Sequence record: NZ_CP069608.1
Reading direction: 5' to 3' (one strand)
From: a plasmid
DNA length: 64,000 nt
Shown here in pieces: positions 61,524 to 64,000 of this stretch (the first letter of the stretch is position 1; every line of letters starts with the position of its first letter). The position numbers and the translations under genes are program-made. The notes below the pieces were generated by a model. The model searched no databases. It worked only from the letters and a program-made list of their open reading frames with translations, and was not told the origin of the DNA.

Positions 61524-63642
61524 CTTTCTTCTGTTTTCTTTCTAACTGTTTCTTCACACGTTCAAATTTTCCAAAAATTACATTCCCACCCTTAATTGTT
61601 TTATAAATGCTCTGGTATCTCTCCAAGTTTTTTTCATTAGCTTTGACCATATCTTCGCGACCATATTTTTTGGAGGCTTCAATCCACTTTGTAGTGGTTT
61701 CTATTAGAAGTTCATACTTTTTAACGTCAAAACTCGTCATACCTACAGCTAAATCAAAACAAGGCTTTCCATCGTTGGCTGTGAGACAAGGAGGTTCTGC
61801 TGCTAATGGGCAGTTTCCTTTCACTCTAGCACGACAAGTTCCGTAGGGGTTGTCCAAAGCGTTTAGCTTTTCATCTTTCCACATCATATCTAGAATGTCT
61901 TCAGGGATATCTTCTGTTTCAGATACTTGATGAATTTCCCCATTTAGGTTAAAGGAAAATACACCTTGCTTAACCACCTTTTCAAACGCTTTCCGTTTTG
62001 TATCGTCCAATAAACGGGCGTATCGCAGGGTCATTTCAGGCGAGGCATGAGCTAGTAATTCCTGGACGGTTAAAATGTCAGCGCCACCATTCAACATCTT
62101 GACCGCATATGTATGTCGAAATTGGTGTGATTTGAAATGGAATACATTGCCCACTTCGTCAGTAATGTTCTTTTCGAAAGCTAGTTTTCCAAGTTGATCT
62201 CGTACCCAAAACTGGGAAAATGGTTTTCCCTTACGGGAACCTTTGTACCGAACGAAGATGTATTTATTAGGGTTGTTATCATCGTTACTGAGTTCCTTGG
62301 ATTTATGGATTAAAACGGCAATCATATTTGCTAATTGGTCGTCAATCGGGATTTTATGACCATTCACATATATTTTTTCAATATCGGTTTGAATAGAATA
62401 TTTGCCATTTAACCGAACCAAACACTCCTGTGTTAATCCTAATGTATCGCTGATACGCAATCCAGTTTTAAAAGCAATCCACACGACAGGTTGTACATCT
62501 GAATGAAGGTCGTTTATATTGTCAAATAATTGCTCTAATACATAGTCAGGAATGTAATCAATAGTATCATCTGATTTCTTATCAAGAGAAGGATAATCCT
62601 CAGAGTAAAGTAACTTTGTAGTTGATTTCTTAGGTGCAATACTGTAATCGTAACGCTGGGTATCTCTTAAAAATGAATAAGTGCACTCCACGTTTATATA
62701 TATAAATTTCTCCGGGTTGGCATTTCTATTCTTTAAGTTATTTTGGGCATAATGATGAAGAAACTCTACATACTTTTCTATATGCTGTCTTGTAAGATCT
62801 TTTAAATCATCCCATTCAGGTTCTAATTCATTAATAAAATTAAAGAACTTTGGAACCCATCTCACATAATTTTGAGCAGTTGACCAAGAAAATTTCCTGC
62901 CACCTAGTAATCTAGTTTTAATATATTTTTTTAAATATTGTCTAAAAGTAACATTTTCAATTTTTGTGAAATCAATATAATAAAGTGGTAGTGAGGCGTT
63001 GTAATCTACTCCATAATTGGCATTTAACACCCTAACATCCCATCTATCTTTTCTCCATTCCTCACGGGTATCGGTTAGATTAAATAATTTCTCATATATG
63101 GAACGGAAGAAAGTTGCTATTGGTGTTTTAGTCTCAAATTCACCATACTGCATACTTTTTCTTGTTAGGGTTGTTTTTACACCTTTGGTGTTCAACCACC
63201 AAATCCACTCTTTCTCAGTTTTCTCAACGTCCAAATCAAGGAGAGAATAGAGGTGAGAATGTTTTTCGTTAAGAAATAAAACTAATTTGTTTAGAAATGT
63301 TTTGTAAGTATGAAAAAAGCTGTTTAAACTCCATTCATCGTTAAACAACTTACAATAATAAACAAATTTAAGTTCTAAGCCAATAGTTTTGTTTTCGGTT
63401 GGAAACTTTTGATTCCTACTAGGAACTTTGTATCTGTTGAAGCTTTCCTCAAAGTTAGGGATGTTACCAATATCATTTACATTCCAAATATCATTGACTA
63501 AAAAGTAATCATTATTCACGACTCTCCTTGTTACTTTTCCATCAGGAGATATATCCTTAACCTCGTAAGAGGAGAGAGTAGATGTGATTAAGTTCCAATA
63601 TTCATTTTTTGTAATTGCATTGTTTGCTATGATTTTATCCAA
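61507..63642 (-). CDS. Large tyrosine recombinase (Tn554 TnpB-like)
   Basis: 711 aa; C-terminal catalytic region R...HQFRHTYAVKML...LAHASPEMTLRYARL (R-H-R-Y). Confidence 0.8.
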   Translation of the reverse strand: MDKIIANNAITKNEYWNLITSTLSSYEVKDISPDGKVTRRVVNNDYFLVNDIWNVNDIGNIPNFEESFNRYKVPSRNQKFPTENKTIGLELKFVYYCKLFNDEWSLNSFFHTYKTFLNKLVLFLNEKHSHLYSLLDLDVEKTEKEWIWWLNTKGVKTTLTRKSMQYGEFETKTPIATFFRSIYEKLFNLTDTREEWRKDRWDVRVLNANYGVDYNASLPLYYIDFTKIENVTFRQYLKKYIKTRLLGGRKFSWSTAQNYVRWVPKFFNFINELEPEWDDLKDLTRQHIEKYVEFLHHYAQNNLKNRNANPEKFIYINVECTYSFLRDTQRYDYSIAPKKSTTKLLYSEDYPSLDKKSDDTIDYIPDYVLEQLFDNINDLHSDVQPVVWIAFKTGLRISDTLGLTQECLVRLNGKYSIQTDIEKIYVNGHKIPIDDQLANMIAVLIHKSKELSNDDNNPNKYIFVRYKGSRKGKPFSQFWVRDQLGKLAFEKNITDEVGNVFHFKSHQFRHTYAVKMLNGGADILTVQELLAHASPEMTLRYARLLDDTKRKAFEKVVKQGVFSFNLNGEIHQVSETEDIPEDILDMMWKDEKLNALDNPYGTCRARVKGNCPLAAEPPCLTANDGKPCFDLAVGMTSFDVKKYELLIETTTKWIEASKKYGREDMVKANEKNLERYQSIYKTIKGGNVIFGKFERVKKQLERKQKKGVKHG

Positions 63643-63672
63643 TAAATTGCCTCCTAAAATTCTAACTAGCTT

Positions 63673-64000
63673 CTAAAAAGGAACTGCTTCGTCAGGGATA
63701 TTTGATTGAAAGTCTTCCTTGTTTTCTTGCCCAATCTCAAATGCATGGGCGGCTTTCTCCCAATCCTTTCGGATTTCATCCTCAGAGGGGTGAATGTATA
63801 GGTTCATCGTGGTTTGAATTTGGGCGTGACCTAAACGTTCTTGTACCAGCTTGATATTTTTGGTTTGAAGATAATAAATTGTAGCATGAGTGTGTCGAAA
63901 CATATGCGGGGTAATATGTATACCTGTTTTTCTTTCAAGCTCTTTAAAGGTCGCATAGACATCGGAGTAGGTGAGGGGGTCTCCAGCATTCTTTCCCCAA
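63673..64000 (-). CDS. Tyrosine recombinase C-terminus (Tn554 TnpA-like); 5' end lies beyond the window
   Basis: MFRHTHATIYYL...LGHAQIQTTMNLYIH catalytic H-R-Y region; the frame stays open to the window edge. Confidence 0.7.
   Translation of the reverse strand, partial: WGKNAGDPLTYSDVYATFKELERKTGIHITPHMFRHTHATIYYLQTKNIKLVQERLGHAQIQTTMNLYIHPSEDEIRKDWEKAAHAFEIGQENKEDFQSNIPDEAVPF

Larger units (their letters stand above)
61119..64000 (-). mobile_element. Tn554-family site-specific transposon core (tnpA-tnpB-tnpC order), partial in the window
   Basis: Two consecutive tyrosine recombinase genes followed by a small overlapping third gene, as in Tn554. Confidence 0.55.

Overview
This reads as a low-GC Firmicutes (Bacillus-like) chromosomal segment with housekeeping genes at both ends and a roughly 30 kb metal and metalloid resistance cluster in the middle. 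Housekeeping genes include an M42 aminopeptidase, a ResA/TlpA-like thiol-disulfide oxidoreductase, PrsW, two LtaS paralogs and RNase J. The central cluster holds a Fur-box efeU, mntH, a Met-rich multicopper oxidase divergent from a sensor kinase/response regulator/DedA operon, csoR-copZ-copA, a DUF1541 (YdhK-like) lipoprotein and two tandem Csp3-like (DUF326) Cys-rich proteins. It continues with a BlaI/BlaR1-like pair upstream of a Met/Cys-repeat secreted peptide, an arsR-arsB-arsC-arsD-arsA operon plus a phosphatase and a HesB-like gene, a separate Acr3 pump, and an ArsR / FAD oxidoreductase / MFS module with four near-identical operator palindromes. Mobile DNA includes an intact IS21-family element (istAB), a group II intron with its reverse transcriptase inserted after a terminator hairpin, a Tn554-like three-recombinase module at the 3' edge, and a divergent serine-recombinase homolog. 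A ~80-100 bp repeat family occurs at about 12.7, 13.0, 43.2 (inverted) and 57.3 kb and brackets the metal cluster. There is also a tandem duplication of a sulP-usp gene pair with conserved palindromic promoters, and a degenerate peptidoglycan-binding-domain gene remnant. I found no rRNA, tRNA or CRISPR. All calls come from reading the sequence and ORF translations by eye, with no database searches run.
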